Shown: positions 29,455-40,515, counted from the stretch's first letter. The stretch is DNA of 64,000 bases from Candidatus Melainabacteria bacterium (GCA_023250155.1 JAHFBG010000003.1:102040-166039), one strand, 5' to 3'. The notes: generated from the letters alone by a model not told the origin. Translations and numbers: made by a program.

Positions 29455-32400
29455 TTACTTCCTAAGTACTACTTTCTGAACCCCCATATTACTTTTTATC
29501 CAGTGTTGAAATAATGGTTCTGAGGTCTGGAGTTTATCTGAATTGCAAAATATTAATGCTGTTCCTCTAGATGGAATTGGCATCCAGGGGACACTGTCAT
29601 CTGTATTTAAAACCAATGAATCAGGTGATTTATAGTCATGTTCTTCATAGGCTGATACTATACAGGCACTAAAGGCTAAGAAATGAAGGTTAGAAATAAA
29701 ATCAGCACATCTGGTTCTTTCTCCAAAATTATCTCTTATTACTTCCTGATTTAAACTCTTCATTAAATCACCAGGAGTAACAGTAGTCAGTTTGTTTCCT
29801 CTATAAAACAAATGTAAGTATTGAGATTTTTTTTCATGAAACCCTGAATAAAGTATAAAAACTAAGTCTCGTAAATTTGCAGCCAATCCATCTATGCCGC
29901 CTCCTTCATTAAGCCACTCTAAATCTACTATGTAATGATAAGGATGACGTTCTGTTGATTCAATGCGTTTACGAATAAGTAGCTTGTTTTCTAGTCTAGC
30001 TGAAAGCTTCCAGTCTATATAGCGCGTATCTTCACCTGGTGTATAGCTAACTACTTTATGAGGATCTCCACTATAAGATTCTGTTTTCATTGATATACCA
30101 AATCCATGTGCAAATCTAAGATAACCTTTTCCAAAAAGTGGTTCTTGCTTAGTACGCATTTTACTAGTTAAAGATTCACTGAGTTTTTTTGCAGCTTGAA
30201 ACTCATTTCCTACCGTTGAGAGATAAGAGATATTAAATCTTGCTCCTTCAGACTCATGCATAATTTCACGAGCTAAAATATTTCCCCAGTAAGAATTGTC
30301 TTGCATTAGTATGTTTGGAATTAGTTTACACCCATCGCTTGGAAAATAAGTAGCATAATCCATTTCTAGTGCAGGCTTATAGGCTTCTTTTATACATAAG
30401 AGCTTATTAAGATCTAAAAACAAAATAGGATCTGCAATAATAGCAGATATAACTCTTAATTCATCATCTTTTAGTTTAGACAACTCATGTTTAATCTCTT
30501 TATAATACTTAGTTTTGACAAAATGATACTCATAAATGTCTTTTAGTTTAGTAGAGTCAATATTTATATCTTCAGAGAAATATTTTCTTAAGTCTTCACT
30601 AAGTCTCTTTAAACTCTTGCCATAAGAGGTTTTAATAAGCATGTCATGTATAACTGTAAAACCATATCTTGTACCTTCTTGAATGTTTTGTTTGACTAAC
30701 TCTTTAGCTAATCCTATGTGTAGCTTAAAATGATTCTCATAATATTTACTTACAGTATTTTCAATAATCTCTTGCCAAAGTGGTGCTTCCTTACTTTCTT
30801 TCCATGATAGTCCACTATGTTGTACAAAGGACTTAATAATTAAATTACTGTTTAAAATACTTTCAAACTGTTCTTTGGAAATCAATTGAATGACAGGTGC
30901 TTTAAATATATTATCTGATGCTTGTGGTTTTATATCTTCTTTCTCTACAGCTTTCTTTGCTGCCGCAGATAGTCTTATTTCTTTTTCTTTTAGAATATTT
31001 TCTATATATGTTTTACCCTCTTCTCCATAGAGCTTGCAAAACTCTATAATTTTAGGATTTATTCTACGGAGGTCTACATATCTACAAGATTTTTTAATAT
31101 ACTCTTTTACATTGTCTGGTAGGGTTATAGGTTTTAATTTTTTTGTAGTTTCAAGTAATAAATCTAGAGTTTTATCATCAAGAAGTGAAAAGTCTTGAAT
31201 TAAATATTCTTGAAGTTTCTCCAGGGCTTTTTTACTTGCTACATACTTTACACCAAGCAAAGGTAATATCAATTTTTCTATCAGATTAGATCTACCAGAT
31301 TTTTCTTTTATTAGAAGAAATTCACTTAAGAGCTGGACTTGAACTACTATTGATTTATTTTTAGGTAGACTTTTAAACCAGTCTAAAAAATCTTGTTTAA
31401 ACTTTTCTGGCTTACACTTCTCAAGTAGTGTAAAAATGGAATGATCATACTTTCCTTTTTCTATAAGGCTTTCTAAGTGAGCACTTAAAGTTCCTCCACT
31501 ACTCTCAAGTTTGGATAATGCAGGGATTATTTCACTAACATTATTGTTCTTCAACCAATCATCCCAATTATTTGTTATATCTGTTAGTTCCTTTATCATC
31601 TCATTTTCAAAATGAAGTTTATACTCATCTATTCTCCATGCATCTGTTCTTTTTCTTAAATCGATTTTTGAATATAAACCTGCTTGTATAAACTTAAGTA
31701 GTAAGGGTGCAGACTCTTTCATTTTTTTCTTATCAAATTCTATTCCCCACATTCGTGATTTTGTAGCTTCAAGAATATGTGGTTCATTATCTATAAAACA
31801 TATAGCTTGTTTATGTCCTACATCAGACCTAAATGACTTACCCTCTAAAGTAAGTCCATGCGCTGAAAGTGTAGGAAATTTTGCCAATCTTAATTCATTG
31901 GAAAGCAAATCTGTTAGATGAACACAATGACCACAACGCATATCATAAAGTGATTGAAAATAGTTTGGACTTTCTTTATAAATTTGCTGTATTTCTTTTA
32001 GTTTTGTATAAATCGGATCAAAGCTTTCAAATTTTTGTCTACAAAGATTTATTTTCATCAAGGGTGAGTTAACATTTTCAATTTCTTTGTCAATAGGTGA
32101 CTCACTCTTAGGAAAATAAAATGGCTTAGTCCAATCTACAAATATATTATCAATTGGTTCTATAGCTGTTTTGTTTAGCCTATATTTTACTGTTTTAATT
32201 TGAGAAGGAACATTATACAGTCTGGTAATTCCAAAATAATCCTGCTCTATTCTTATTCCTTCACTAGATACTTGAGTGTTTTTTTTATCTAAAAAGCTTA
32301 TAGCACTTGCTTTAAAGCCTAATGGTGTAGGAAGTGAAATACATTTATTTGATTTACAATTAGATGCATCAACTGGAATTGTTACATCAATCTCATCTTT

Positions 32401-33369
32401 ACCTCTTTTTTCTAAAGCATTAAAATCCCCATTAAACTCTTTTAAAGCCACTACCTTACTATCCACCAATTGACTCTTATTATCTCCATATTCATTAATG
32501 ACTAATCCAATATGAGTTAGATACATACCTTCTCTTATACCTGAATCCTTTTCAATAGAACCCATTGTTCTTCTATTTCCATATGAGTCATTAAAATCAA
32601 TAACCGTAAGCTCATTTGTTAGATCATCAGGTATAGCATTCAAAGTATTATTTTTTGTAGTACCAAAAGCTTCTTGGGTAGGAGTATATTGTTTTCTTGG
32701 TTTTTTATCAGGAATATTAACTGTAGAAAAACCTTTATTTATCTTTGTTGTAAGGGCATATTGAGTTTGTGTCCTTAAAGATTCTATATAACGTTCAACA
32801 ATTTTTAAATCGTTTATTTTTTCCAGAGACCAATCAACATATTCTTTTGATTGGAAAAGAAAAAGTCTAACTAAATCTTTACTTATTGCTTTGTCATCAA
32901 TTTCATCGAACTTGTTTACAAACTCTGATAAAGAAAATAAATCATCTTGAAAACTTGTTAAAAACTTATTTTCATCTTTACTTAAAGAGATATTTTGACA
33001 AGTCTTGTCAAGAAAAGCAGTTACACCTGAAATGTTTTTGTTTAATAATTTATTTGAGTCTGAAACTTCAAATGAACTTAGTAATAAACAAGAATACGAT
33101 TCTATATCTATCATTCTAAGCTTTTCTAACAACTTGTCTAAAGAATCATTTATCTCTTTGCAGAATAAATTTATATCATTGGTCTTATTTAAAATCAGTT
33201 CATATGGAACAGTAATCCTTTCACTCCAAAAATTTAATGTGGTTGGCTTTTCTAAATTCTTTACTGCTTGAGAGCTAGTAATATCGATAGAAGGTACTGT
33301 AGATAGACTAGCTATCTGTGGTAAAGGATTTAAAGTTATAGGATTAGTAATTGCCATCTTCTTAATCAA
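29455..33369 (-). CDS. large multidomain protein with transglutaminase-like Cys region and C-terminal DUF58 (vWA-like) domain
   Basis: 1304 aa; YTPGEDTRYIDWKLSARLENKLLIRKR matches DUF58 core (R.IDWKASAR...L.VRE); MRCGHCVHLTDL candidate transglutaminase-like cysteine site. Confidence 0.65.
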   Translation of the reverse strand: MIKKMAITNPITLNPLPQIASLSTVPSIDITSSQAVKNLEKPTTLNFWSERITVPYELILNKTNDINLFCKEINDSLDKLLEKLRMIDIESYSCLLLSSFEVSDSNKLLNKNISGVTAFLDKTCQNISLSKDENKFLTSFQDDLFSLSEFVNKFDEIDDKAISKDLVRLFLFQSKEYVDWSLEKINDLKIVERYIESLRTQTQYALTTKINKGFSTVNIPDKKPRKQYTPTQEAFGTTKNNTLNAIPDDLTNELTVIDFNDSYGNRRTMGSIEKDSGIREGMYLTHIGLVINEYGDNKSQLVDSKVVALKEFNGDFNALEKRGKDEIDVTIPVDASNCKSNKCISLPTPLGFKASAISFLDKKNTQVSSEGIRIEQDYFGITRLYNVPSQIKTVKYRLNKTAIEPIDNIFVDWTKPFYFPKSESPIDKEIENVNSPLMKINLCRQKFESFDPIYTKLKEIQQIYKESPNYFQSLYDMRCGHCVHLTDLLSNELRLAKFPTLSAHGLTLEGKSFRSDVGHKQAICFIDNEPHILEATKSRMWGIEFDKKKMKESAPLLLKFIQAGLYSKIDLRKRTDAWRIDEYKLHFENEMIKELTDITNNWDDWLKNNNVSEIIPALSKLESSGGTLSAHLESLIEKGKYDHSIFTLLEKCKPEKFKQDFLDWFKSLPKNKSIVVQVQLLSEFLLIKEKSGRSNLIEKLILPLLGVKYVASKKALEKLQEYLIQDFSLLDDKTLDLLLETTKKLKPITLPDNVKEYIKKSCRYVDLRRINPKIIEFCKLYGEEGKTYIENILKEKEIRLSAAAKKAVEKEDIKPQASDNIFKAPVIQLISKEQFESILNSNLIIKSFVQHSGLSWKESKEAPLWQEIIENTVSKYYENHFKLHIGLAKELVKQNIQEGTRYGFTVIHDMLIKTSYGKSLKRLSEDLRKYFSEDINIDSTKLKDIYEYHFVKTKYYKEIKHELSKLKDDELRVISAIIADPILFLDLNKLLCIKEAYKPALEMDYATYFPSDGCKLIPNILMQDNSYWGNILAREIMHESEGARFNISYLSTVGNEFQAAKKLSESLTSKMRTKQEPLFGKGYLRFAHGFGISMKTESYSGDPHKVVSYTPGEDTRYIDWKLSARLENKLLIRKRIESTERHPYHYIVDLEWLNEGGGIDGLAANLRDLVFILYSGFHEKKSQYLHLFYRGNKLTTVTPGDLMKSLNQEVIRDNFGERTRCADFISNLHFLAFSACIVSAYEEHDYKSPDSLVLNTDDSVPWMPIPSRGTALIFCNSDKLQTSEPLFQHWIKSNMGVQKVVLRK

Positions 33370-33462
33370 GTTTATTAGTCCAATTATTATAGTCCTATCT
33401 ATAAGAGAAATCTATTGTATTTCGAGAGATTATTTGCCTTAACCAAAAATCTATTTTTCTAA

Positions 33463-34350
33463 TTAAATATTCTGTAAAACTTCTATATGCCTTTTAACAT
33501 CTGTTTTTACTTGTTCCAAATTTCCACTGAAGATAGCATCACCATTAAACATACCGCTTCCAGGACATACTCCATAAGCATCATACTTGGTTAAAACTTC
33601 TTTCATATTTTTATCATTAATTCCACCAACTGCATAAGTTCTAACTCCCCATGCATTACAAGCTTCAGAAAATCTTTTTACTCTGTCAAACCCTACTTCT
33701 TCATCCTCTGGGAGTTTAATAACAATAGGAGCATATGGTTTTTTCTTATCTTTTAAAACTAAATAACGCTCATAAAACTCTGTTGGTGAACTGATTTCAA
33801 TACATTGTTCAGCAGACTTTCCCAGAGCTTTAAAATCTTCTGAATCAAATGCAACAAGCTTCCAGTTTTTTCTTTTCAATTCTTCAAACTCATCTCTAAA
33901 TGGTTCACTGATTGCTTTATATAATTCTTCATGTGTTTTAACATTTGCTGGAAAGAATTTTTGATCTGCTATTCCAAGAACATGTGCTCTTTCAATCTCA
34001 TTTTCTAAATAAACTCCAGGCAAAACAGGTACATTTTTTTCTTTTGCCATGATAACAACAGAAGGAAATAATCCTGGGCTAACTAAAAACTTAGCACCAA
34101 GTGTAAGTGCTTCTTTAGCGATTTCTTTATTTTTTACAGAACCTACTCCTATATTTAAATTTCTTTTTCTACACTCAGTAACTATGTCCTGCCATGAGTC
34201 TGAATTTGAGGTAATTTCAACAGCTTCAGCACCTGAATCAAATGCTGCTTGAATTGCATTTATAGCGTTTTCTTTTGGTGTACTTGGCTTTGTTCTAAGT
34301 ATTCCAATTAAACGTATATTCAAATAAGGTTTTACTTGTGTAAGACTCAT
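33463..34350 (-). CDS. KDPG/KHG aldolase-family protein with about 75-aa insertion
   Basis: EAVEIT, IGVGSV, GAKFLVSPGL, VLPGV, KFFPA, then insertion, then AVGGI...CPGSG, aligning with Eda motifs. Confidence 0.6.
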   Translation of the reverse strand: MSLTQVKPYLNIRLIGILRTKPSTPKENAINAIQAAFDSGAEAVEITSNSDSWQDIVTECRKRNLNIGVGSVKNKEIAKEALTLGAKFLVSPGLFPSVVIMAKEKNVPVLPGVYLENEIERAHVLGIADQKFFPANVKTHEELYKAISEPFRDEFEELKRKNWKLVAFDSEDFKALGKSAEQCIEISSPTEFYERYLVLKDKKKPYAPIVIKLPEDEEVGFDRVKRFSEACNAWGVRTYAVGGINDKNMKEVLTKYDAYGVCPGSGMFNGDAIFSGNLEQVKTDVKRHIEVLQNI

Positions 34351-34470
34351 TTATTCTCCTTATAACTCTTAACTTTCTATTGTAAACGTAAAAATGACTT
34401 TTCTTATACTTTTAAGATTTTTATAATAATGAGATAATGTAAAGTAATTACAAGTATTAGGTAACTACTT

Positions 34471-36123
34471 ATGCAGGAATTAATAAATAAAACATTAGGA
34501 CAATTACTTGATAGTACTGCTTTAAAATGTGCTGGTAAAGATGCTTTGGTGTTTACTGACCTTAACTATCGATTGACCTACCCAGAGTTTAAGAAAATCA
34601 CAGATGAGGTTGCAAAAGGCTTATTAGCATTGCATATAAAAAAAGGAGAGCATGTCGGTGTTTTTGCCGTCAATTCTCCTGAATGGGTCATCCTACAATT
34701 TGCAAGTGCAAAGATTGGAGCAGTGCTAGTAAACATTAACCCTGCTCTTAAGAGTCATGAGCTGAAATATATACTGGAACAAGGTGATATTACAACCCTT
34801 TTTATTAGTGAGTTTTTTAAGAATCAAAATATGATTGAAGTTCTGCAAGGTCTCCAAGTCAACAATTCAAACAATAATAAACACATCCAACCTATTCACG
34901 ACTTACCTCTTTTGAAGAGAGTGATTACTATTCGCACAGAGAAATATTCAGAGTTTATGAAATGGGATGATCTTTTATCGCTAGCTAAAAATATTTCAGA
35001 TGAAGATTTAGCAGAAAGAGAAAACCAGCTTACTCCAGAAGACATAATAAATATCCAATATACATCAGGGACTACAGGCTTTCCAAAAGGTGCACAGTTA
35101 ACGCATCTTGGAATTCTAAACAATGCATATTATGGTGGACTTAATATGAACCTTACAGACAAAGACTCTGTTTGCATTCCAGTCCCTTTGTATCACTGCT
35201 TTGGATGTGTACTTGGAACCTTAACATGTGTAAATTATGGAATTAAAATGGTTTTCCCATCAGATGTCTTTGATCCAAAGAAAACTCTTGAATCAATTCA
35301 CAAAGAAAAATGCACAGCAGTATATGGTGTTCCTACCATGTTTATTGCCGAGTTAGCACTTGAAGATTTTAATAAGTATGATTTAAACTCGCTTAGAACA
35401 GGTATCATTGCTGGTGCTCCATGCCCTATGGAATTGATGAAACAATTAATTGAGAAAATGAACCTGACTGAAATTACTATTGGATATGGTTTTACAGAGG
35501 CTTCACCTCTTATCACTCAAACCAGATACAATGATCCTCTTGAAGTAAAGGTAGGAACAGTGGGGAAACCACACCAAAACGTAAAAGTAAAAATCTGGGA
35601 CCCAGAATCTAAGCGTGACCTAGGATCAAATGAGCCTGGCGAGCTTTGTGCACATGGATATAATGCTATGAAAGGCTATTATAAATTGCCTGAAAAAACA
35701 AAAGAAGTGATAGATACTGAAGGCTGGATGCATACAGGAGATCTGGCTACAGTGGATGAAAATGGGGTTTATCGAATAGTAGGAAGAATAAAGGATATGA
35801 TCATTCGTGGTGGTGAGAATATTTATCCTGCTGAAGTTGAAGAATTTTTTATGACAAATCCAAAAGTAGAAATTGTACAGGTAGTAGGTGTACCTGATGA
35901 AAAATTTGGTGAGCAGGTTGCTGTAGTTATAAAGTTAAAATCAAATGAAACCTGGACAGAAGAAGAGGCTAAAAAATGGTGCTGTGGAAAAATCGCCAAT
36001 TATAAAATCCCTTGCTATATAAGATTTGTAAATGATTTTCCTATGACTGCCAATGGAAAAATTCAAAAATACAAGCTTAGAGAAATTTTAAAAGAAGAAC
36101 TAAAGCTTACCGTTGTAAAATAA
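34471..36123 (+). CDS. AMP-dependent acyl-CoA synthetase/ligase
   Basis: YTSGTTGFPKGA AMP-binding motif, TGD, ANGKIQK C-terminal lysine motif; 550 aa. Confidence 0.9.
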   Translation: MQELINKTLGQLLDSTALKCAGKDALVFTDLNYRLTYPEFKKITDEVAKGLLALHIKKGEHVGVFAVNSPEWVILQFASAKIGAVLVNINPALKSHELKYILEQGDITTLFISEFFKNQNMIEVLQGLQVNNSNNNKHIQPIHDLPLLKRVITIRTEKYSEFMKWDDLLSLAKNISDEDLAERENQLTPEDIINIQYTSGTTGFPKGAQLTHLGILNNAYYGGLNMNLTDKDSVCIPVPLYHCFGCVLGTLTCVNYGIKMVFPSDVFDPKKTLESIHKEKCTAVYGVPTMFIAELALEDFNKYDLNSLRTGIIAGAPCPMELMKQLIEKMNLTEITIGYGFTEASPLITQTRYNDPLEVKVGTVGKPHQNVKVKIWDPESKRDLGSNEPGELCAHGYNAMKGYYKLPEKTKEVIDTEGWMHTGDLATVDENGVYRIVGRIKDMIIRGGENIYPAEVEEFFMTNPKVEIVQVVGVPDEKFGEQVAVVIKLKSNETWTEEEAKKWCCGKIANYKIPCYIRFVNDFPMTANGKIQKYKLREILKEELKLTVVK

Positions 36124-36130
36124 GACTCAG

Positions 36131-36730
36131 CTAATTACTTTCTCTTTCAAGGACATGCAAGGCTGATTCATAGAGTGTTTTTAAAGAGTCTTTAAAAATT
36201 TTATTCTCTTTAATTAAGCTTGTAGTTTCTTTACTATCTTTTGATTTATTAGTAAGTGCTTTAGCAAGAGCAGCTCTTATATCAATAAGATTACTAAGCT
36301 TAGTAAATTCATTTATATCACCAACCTTAAAGCTTATACAAAGTTCATGATCAACTATCTGTAAATCATCCTCAGTAACCTTTTCACCAGCATTCTCTTC
36401 AGTAAACTCCACCTTCATCCCTGGTATAAGAAAAGCTCTCATAGTAAGATCAGAATTAACTTCTTCATCAAAAAAAATCAAATCATGATTTTCAATGAGC
36501 TCTAATCCTTTTTCCTTTGCTTTAATAAGTAGGTCAGCTTCGCTAATTCCGTGCCCACCTTCAGAGAATCCTAAAATAAAAGATCTGATTTCATCTGATA
36601 TATGTTCTGATTCACTTTTTGCTTTTAAAATATTTGGACTATTATAATAAACATCCTTAAAAACAGATATAAGGTTTTGTTCAATTCTTTTTTTTTGTTC
36701 TGGTGTTAATACTTCTTTTGATCCTGGCAT
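36131..36730 (-). CDS. hypothetical protein
   Basis: 199-aa ORF, no recognised motif. Confidence 0.45.
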   Translation of the reverse strand: MPGSKEVLTPEQKKRIEQNLISVFKDVYYNSPNILKAKSESEHISDEIRSFILGFSEGGHGISEADLLIKAKEKGLELIENHDLIFFDEEVNSDLTMRAFLIPGMKVEFTEENAGEKVTEDDLQIVDHELCISFKVGDINEFTKLSNLIDIRAALAKALTNKSKDSKETTSLIKENKIFKDSLKTLYESALHVLERESN

Positions 36731-36826
36731 GATTTAAGATAAGACGATTTATCTTATGTATGAGTTTCTAAGTATATAGGTAGTAAAATTGGATTTTAAA
36801 TGCTTTTTAATTCAATTTAAGATAAC

Positions 36827-37150
36827 TTATGCCATTAATTCTTCTGAAAAATCTAACTTGCTTAAAGAATTTATATAAAGATCACTCAATTCTTTTTGAG
36901 AAAGTTTGGTGAATTGCTCCCAGATATACTCAACCTTATGTTTATCAGGAGATAAAGTAGGAAATGCTTCTACGCATTGATCAACTGTTGGAAAATATCT
37001 ATAACATGATATGGCCTGAATTAAATCAAAAGCTTCAAGTATTTCTGGTGTATAGTTTGCTTTTCTAACTGCTTGGTTTGCAGCGTCAAAGAATCTTGCC
37101 ATTAACTCTAAAGTATCTCTAGATGCTACTTGGTTTAAAAATGGGTTCAT
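36827..37150 (-). CDS. hypothetical protein
   Basis: 107-aa ORF. Confidence 0.4.
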   Translation of the reverse strand: MNPFLNQVASRDTLELMARFFDAANQAVRKANYTPEILEAFDLIQAISCYRYFPTVDQCVEAFPTLSPDKHKVEYIWEQFTKLSQKELSDLYINSLSKLDFSEELMA

Positions 37151-37349
37151 ATGTTTTTCCTCTTTATGACGTTTATCTTATTTGAAGTTCCTTAATCTGT
37201 ATAACGTCTCTTACTCTCAACTATATTCCTTTAACCGTTTCTTTGTCAATGCTTAATCTCCTTTTAAAGATAAAATTTTTCTCATAATATTTCTTAACCA
37301 AAAATTCTACAAAAAATAATTATTTATTTCAAGAAATAGGACATTTGAC

Positions 37350-38882
37350 TTATGTAGATATTTTACATGCAGTATTTTTGCTAGTGGTAAGACTTGTGCC
37401 ATCTATATATTTTAAGGATTTCAATCCAAATATGTTTAAGATTGTGGGGAAGATGTCAGTTATCTTAGGATTAGATAGGCTCAATGAATTAGATAAGTGA
37501 CCATCAATTGCAAGGATTCCTTCTTTGATGTGATTGCCAGTTGAAAGTGGATGTGGTTCAAGAAATAATTGTTTTTCTGAGAGTCCACTAATTAAATAAT
37601 ATCCCGGGTTTGGAACGATTATGAGATCAGGAATTTTATTTAAAGCTTGGCCATTAAATATTTCTTCTTTTCTATAAATACCGCTAAGAAATAAATCTCC
37701 ATTAATTGGATCTCTTATGTTTTTTAGCTTTTCAATGATTTCATTTTTTAAATTTTCTACTTCATTTTGAGGGACTGTTCCATTTGGTTCACGTCCTAAT
37801 TGGTTTATTTGAACAGTTCCACAGACAGTTCCTATACTACTAAATGCTCTGCTTTCATCATAGTCAATTGGATCAAAATTAGCTCTAGGTACAATAACTC
37901 TTTGCTCTAAGTCTTCTTCTACTTTTCTTTTAATTCTATTTTTTAATTTTGCTAGTGCATCTACTTTGTTTATCATTTTTATTGCAGTGCTTTTTACTGA
38001 GGTGGTTAGTTGTGTACCCATATCTTGTTTTAGTTTTAAATAGCCATGCTCTTGTAGCCAGACATTAGTAGACATACGTCTTTTAACTGGTCCAAATCCA
38101 TGATCGCTTACAAGGAAAAAAGCACCTTCACTGCTTACTTTTTCTTTTATAGCACCAAGATACTGATCTAAACATCTATAGAAGTTCCATATAGCCTGCA
38201 TTGCAGGGTCTTGAGAATTGAAATCAAGACTTGCAATCTCATTCCAGAAACCATGCTGAATAATATCTGTAGTCTGAAAGTGAACCATAAAAAAGTCAGT
38301 AGGCTCAGTTTCTAAAAGCCACAGAGCAGCATCTCCTACCTTCTTCGTAATTTCAATTAAGCTATTTAAAAAATCAACATCTTTAGTTCCTTGTCTATCA
38401 AAGGTTCTAAGGCAAATAGGATAGTCACCCAAATGATCGATTAACTTTTGACCAAGTTCAGGCGGGTGTGTGAAAACTTTTTTATTGCTCGGTCTTTCCC
38501 ATCCAGATACAATAAAACCATTAACTTCAGGTGGTGGATAATTTATCGGAACATCTATAACTCCTACACGAACACCGTTTTCTGAAAGCACTTTCCATAA
38601 GGTATCTACCTGAATTGATTTATTTGTAGTAAGAGTAGGTTTATATGTACCTTCCTGAAACTCATAGAAATCAAACACTCCTGTTTTTCCTGGATTACAG
38701 CCTGTCATAAAAGCAGTCCAGGCAGGTGGTGTTAAAGGGGGTATGGTAGATTCAAGATTTGAATGTTTTCCACTTTCAAGTAGCTTTAAAAGGTTTGGCA
38801 TTATGCCAGCTTTTGCAATGGGCATAAGGTTTGACCATACGCCACCATCAAAACTTATAACTAGTACTTTAGGGGATTTCAT
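37350..38882 (-). CDS. alkaline-phosphatase-superfamily type I phosphodiesterase/nucleotide pyrophosphatase-like protein
   Basis: VLVISFDGG...PNLLKL...TIPPLTPPAWTAFMTG...GVFDFYEF N-terminal metal-site motifs of the NPP/PglZ-like AP superfamily. Confidence 0.65.
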   Translation of the reverse strand: MKSPKVLVISFDGGVWSNLMPIAKAGIMPNLLKLLESGKHSNLESTIPPLTPPAWTAFMTGCNPGKTGVFDFYEFQEGTYKPTLTTNKSIQVDTLWKVLSENGVRVGVIDVPINYPPPEVNGFIVSGWERPSNKKVFTHPPELGQKLIDHLGDYPICLRTFDRQGTKDVDFLNSLIEITKKVGDAALWLLETEPTDFFMVHFQTTDIIQHGFWNEIASLDFNSQDPAMQAIWNFYRCLDQYLGAIKEKVSSEGAFFLVSDHGFGPVKRRMSTNVWLQEHGYLKLKQDMGTQLTTSVKSTAIKMINKVDALAKLKNRIKRKVEEDLEQRVIVPRANFDPIDYDESRAFSSIGTVCGTVQINQLGREPNGTVPQNEVENLKNEIIEKLKNIRDPINGDLFLSGIYRKEEIFNGQALNKIPDLIIVPNPGYYLISGLSEKQLFLEPHPLSTGNHIKEGILAIDGHLSNSLSLSNPKITDIFPTILNIFGLKSLKYIDGTSLTTSKNTACKIST

Positions 38883-38892
38883 TAAAGGTATC

Positions 38893-40407
38893 TTATATTA
38901 TATACTTTTGAGGGGTTTTTGCCAGGATTTTTGCAAATATCTCACTTAGTATTAGTTTTTCAAAGTCCTGATTTTCTAATTTAACATTAAATTCCTTATA
39001 GATTAAATCAGAGATATTAGCTAACTCATCCTTTTCATGATCATAATCACTCATTAAATTGTCAGACATTTCTACTTCATTATCAGCATCCGCCTGCATT
39101 ACCAAGGCTATTATTTTTAATAGTTTTAACTTAGCATCATTAATAGTAGGTTCAGAGGATTTAGTTTCTTTCTCATAAGAGACATTAGAATTTACATAGT
39201 TTACCAAGTCACGCACTGTTCTGCCTTGTACCTCATCAACATCAACACTAAGTCCACAAATTTTAAATTCTTTCTCAAGAGCTAACGCTATATTTGCAGC
39301 ATCTAAAGAATCTACTCCTAAGTCATCAGTAATAAGTGAATCTAGCTTTATTTCATCCTTATTAATACCCCCACTCAAGTTAATTATATTTTTAACATAG
39401 TCAAATGTTTTTTGAAAGTTCTGTGTATAAATAGAATTATCTTTTTGATACTGACTCTTACTACTTCCTTCTTTTACTTCTGCATAAGTCAGTGCTATAA
39501 CATCACCCACTACTATATCTTTATCAAAAGTAATATCTCTATCAAACTCAGCACTTATTGCCTTAGAAAGGGCATCCATATTTATACTTAAATCACTTAA
39601 CCACTTAGATGGTGAAGTGATTTTAGAACCATCATTGTAGCCTAATAAGTTTATAATTTTAAACACTTTTTTCTCTACACTTTTTAAACTGTTTGGATTA
39701 TTTTTTTCTTCTTCAGCTTCTTTTGTAGCTTGAATATTATGATCTCTTTTCTCTATTAATCCTTGCCAGATTTTATTTGAGATTTGTTGCACTTGTAATT
39801 TTGCTAAGTCATCCTGATCTACAGTGACACCAAATTTTTCTTCAATAGCCATAGATAAATTTGTCAAATCAAGAGAATCTGCTCCCCAACTTTGTTTTAA
39901 GTGATCTTCACTTTCTATATTTGTATCAGGCTTAAAATCAAAAGTATCAATGATAGTTTTCTTTAGCTCAGTATTAATTTCCTGGACAGTAGAAATTTTC
40001 TTTGGTTCAGGTAAGGATACAATGCCAGGTACTTGTAAAGAAGCTTCTTGTTCTTCTGGTTTATCATTTTCTTGGAGAACGGTACTATTGTCAGTTGTAG
40101 CCGCCGACTCTAATCCTTCAACTACTTCTTGAGCAAACTCTAAATCAATTTGTGGAGCTTCACGAACAAGATCTTTCTTCATTGCTTCATCCATTACTAC
40201 TAAAACCCATGGTTTAGATGCACTTCTACCTGGTAAACCATATGTGCTTATTAATTGAAGCTCATCAATCTCTTGTGGCTCTTTTAAATACTCTAGATTT
40301 CGTAAAATTCTTAAAGCATCTTTATCATCCTTTGCAGTAATTTCTAAAGTGATTTTTTTATTTCCAGTTGAATTAAGTGTTTCAGCATTTTGTAAGTGGA
40401 CTTTCAT
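38893..40407 (-). CDS. multi-carrier-protein (tandem PP-binding/ACP-like domains) protein
   Basis: At least three GADSLD/GVDSLD phosphopantetheine-attachment motifs (WGADSLDLTNLSMAIEEKFGV, LGVDSLDAANIALALEKEF); no catalytic domain recognised. Confidence 0.6.
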   Translation of the reverse strand: MKVHLQNAETLNSTGNKKITLEITAKDDKDALRILRNLEYLKEPQEIDELQLISTYGLPGRSASKPWVLVVMDEAMKKDLVREAPQIDLEFAQEVVEGLESAATTDNSTVLQENDKPEEQEASLQVPGIVSLPEPKKISTVQEINTELKKTIIDTFDFKPDTNIESEDHLKQSWGADSLDLTNLSMAIEEKFGVTVDQDDLAKLQVQQISNKIWQGLIEKRDHNIQATKEAEEEKNNPNSLKSVEKKVFKIINLLGYNDGSKITSPSKWLSDLSINMDALSKAISAEFDRDITFDKDIVVGDVIALTYAEVKEGSSKSQYQKDNSIYTQNFQKTFDYVKNIINLSGGINKDEIKLDSLITDDLGVDSLDAANIALALEKEFKICGLSVDVDEVQGRTVRDLVNYVNSNVSYEKETKSSEPTINDAKLKLLKIIALVMQADADNEVEMSDNLMSDYDHEKDELANISDLIYKEFNVKLENQDFEKLILSEIFAKILAKTPQKYII

Positions 40408-40515
40408 TTATATTTCTCCTTCAATCAAATTCGTAGGGGCTGCAGTAAGCCACTACAAAGATATTTTTTTAGCAGATAGAATTTTACTCATCGCTTCATC
40501 CATTATTACTAAAAC

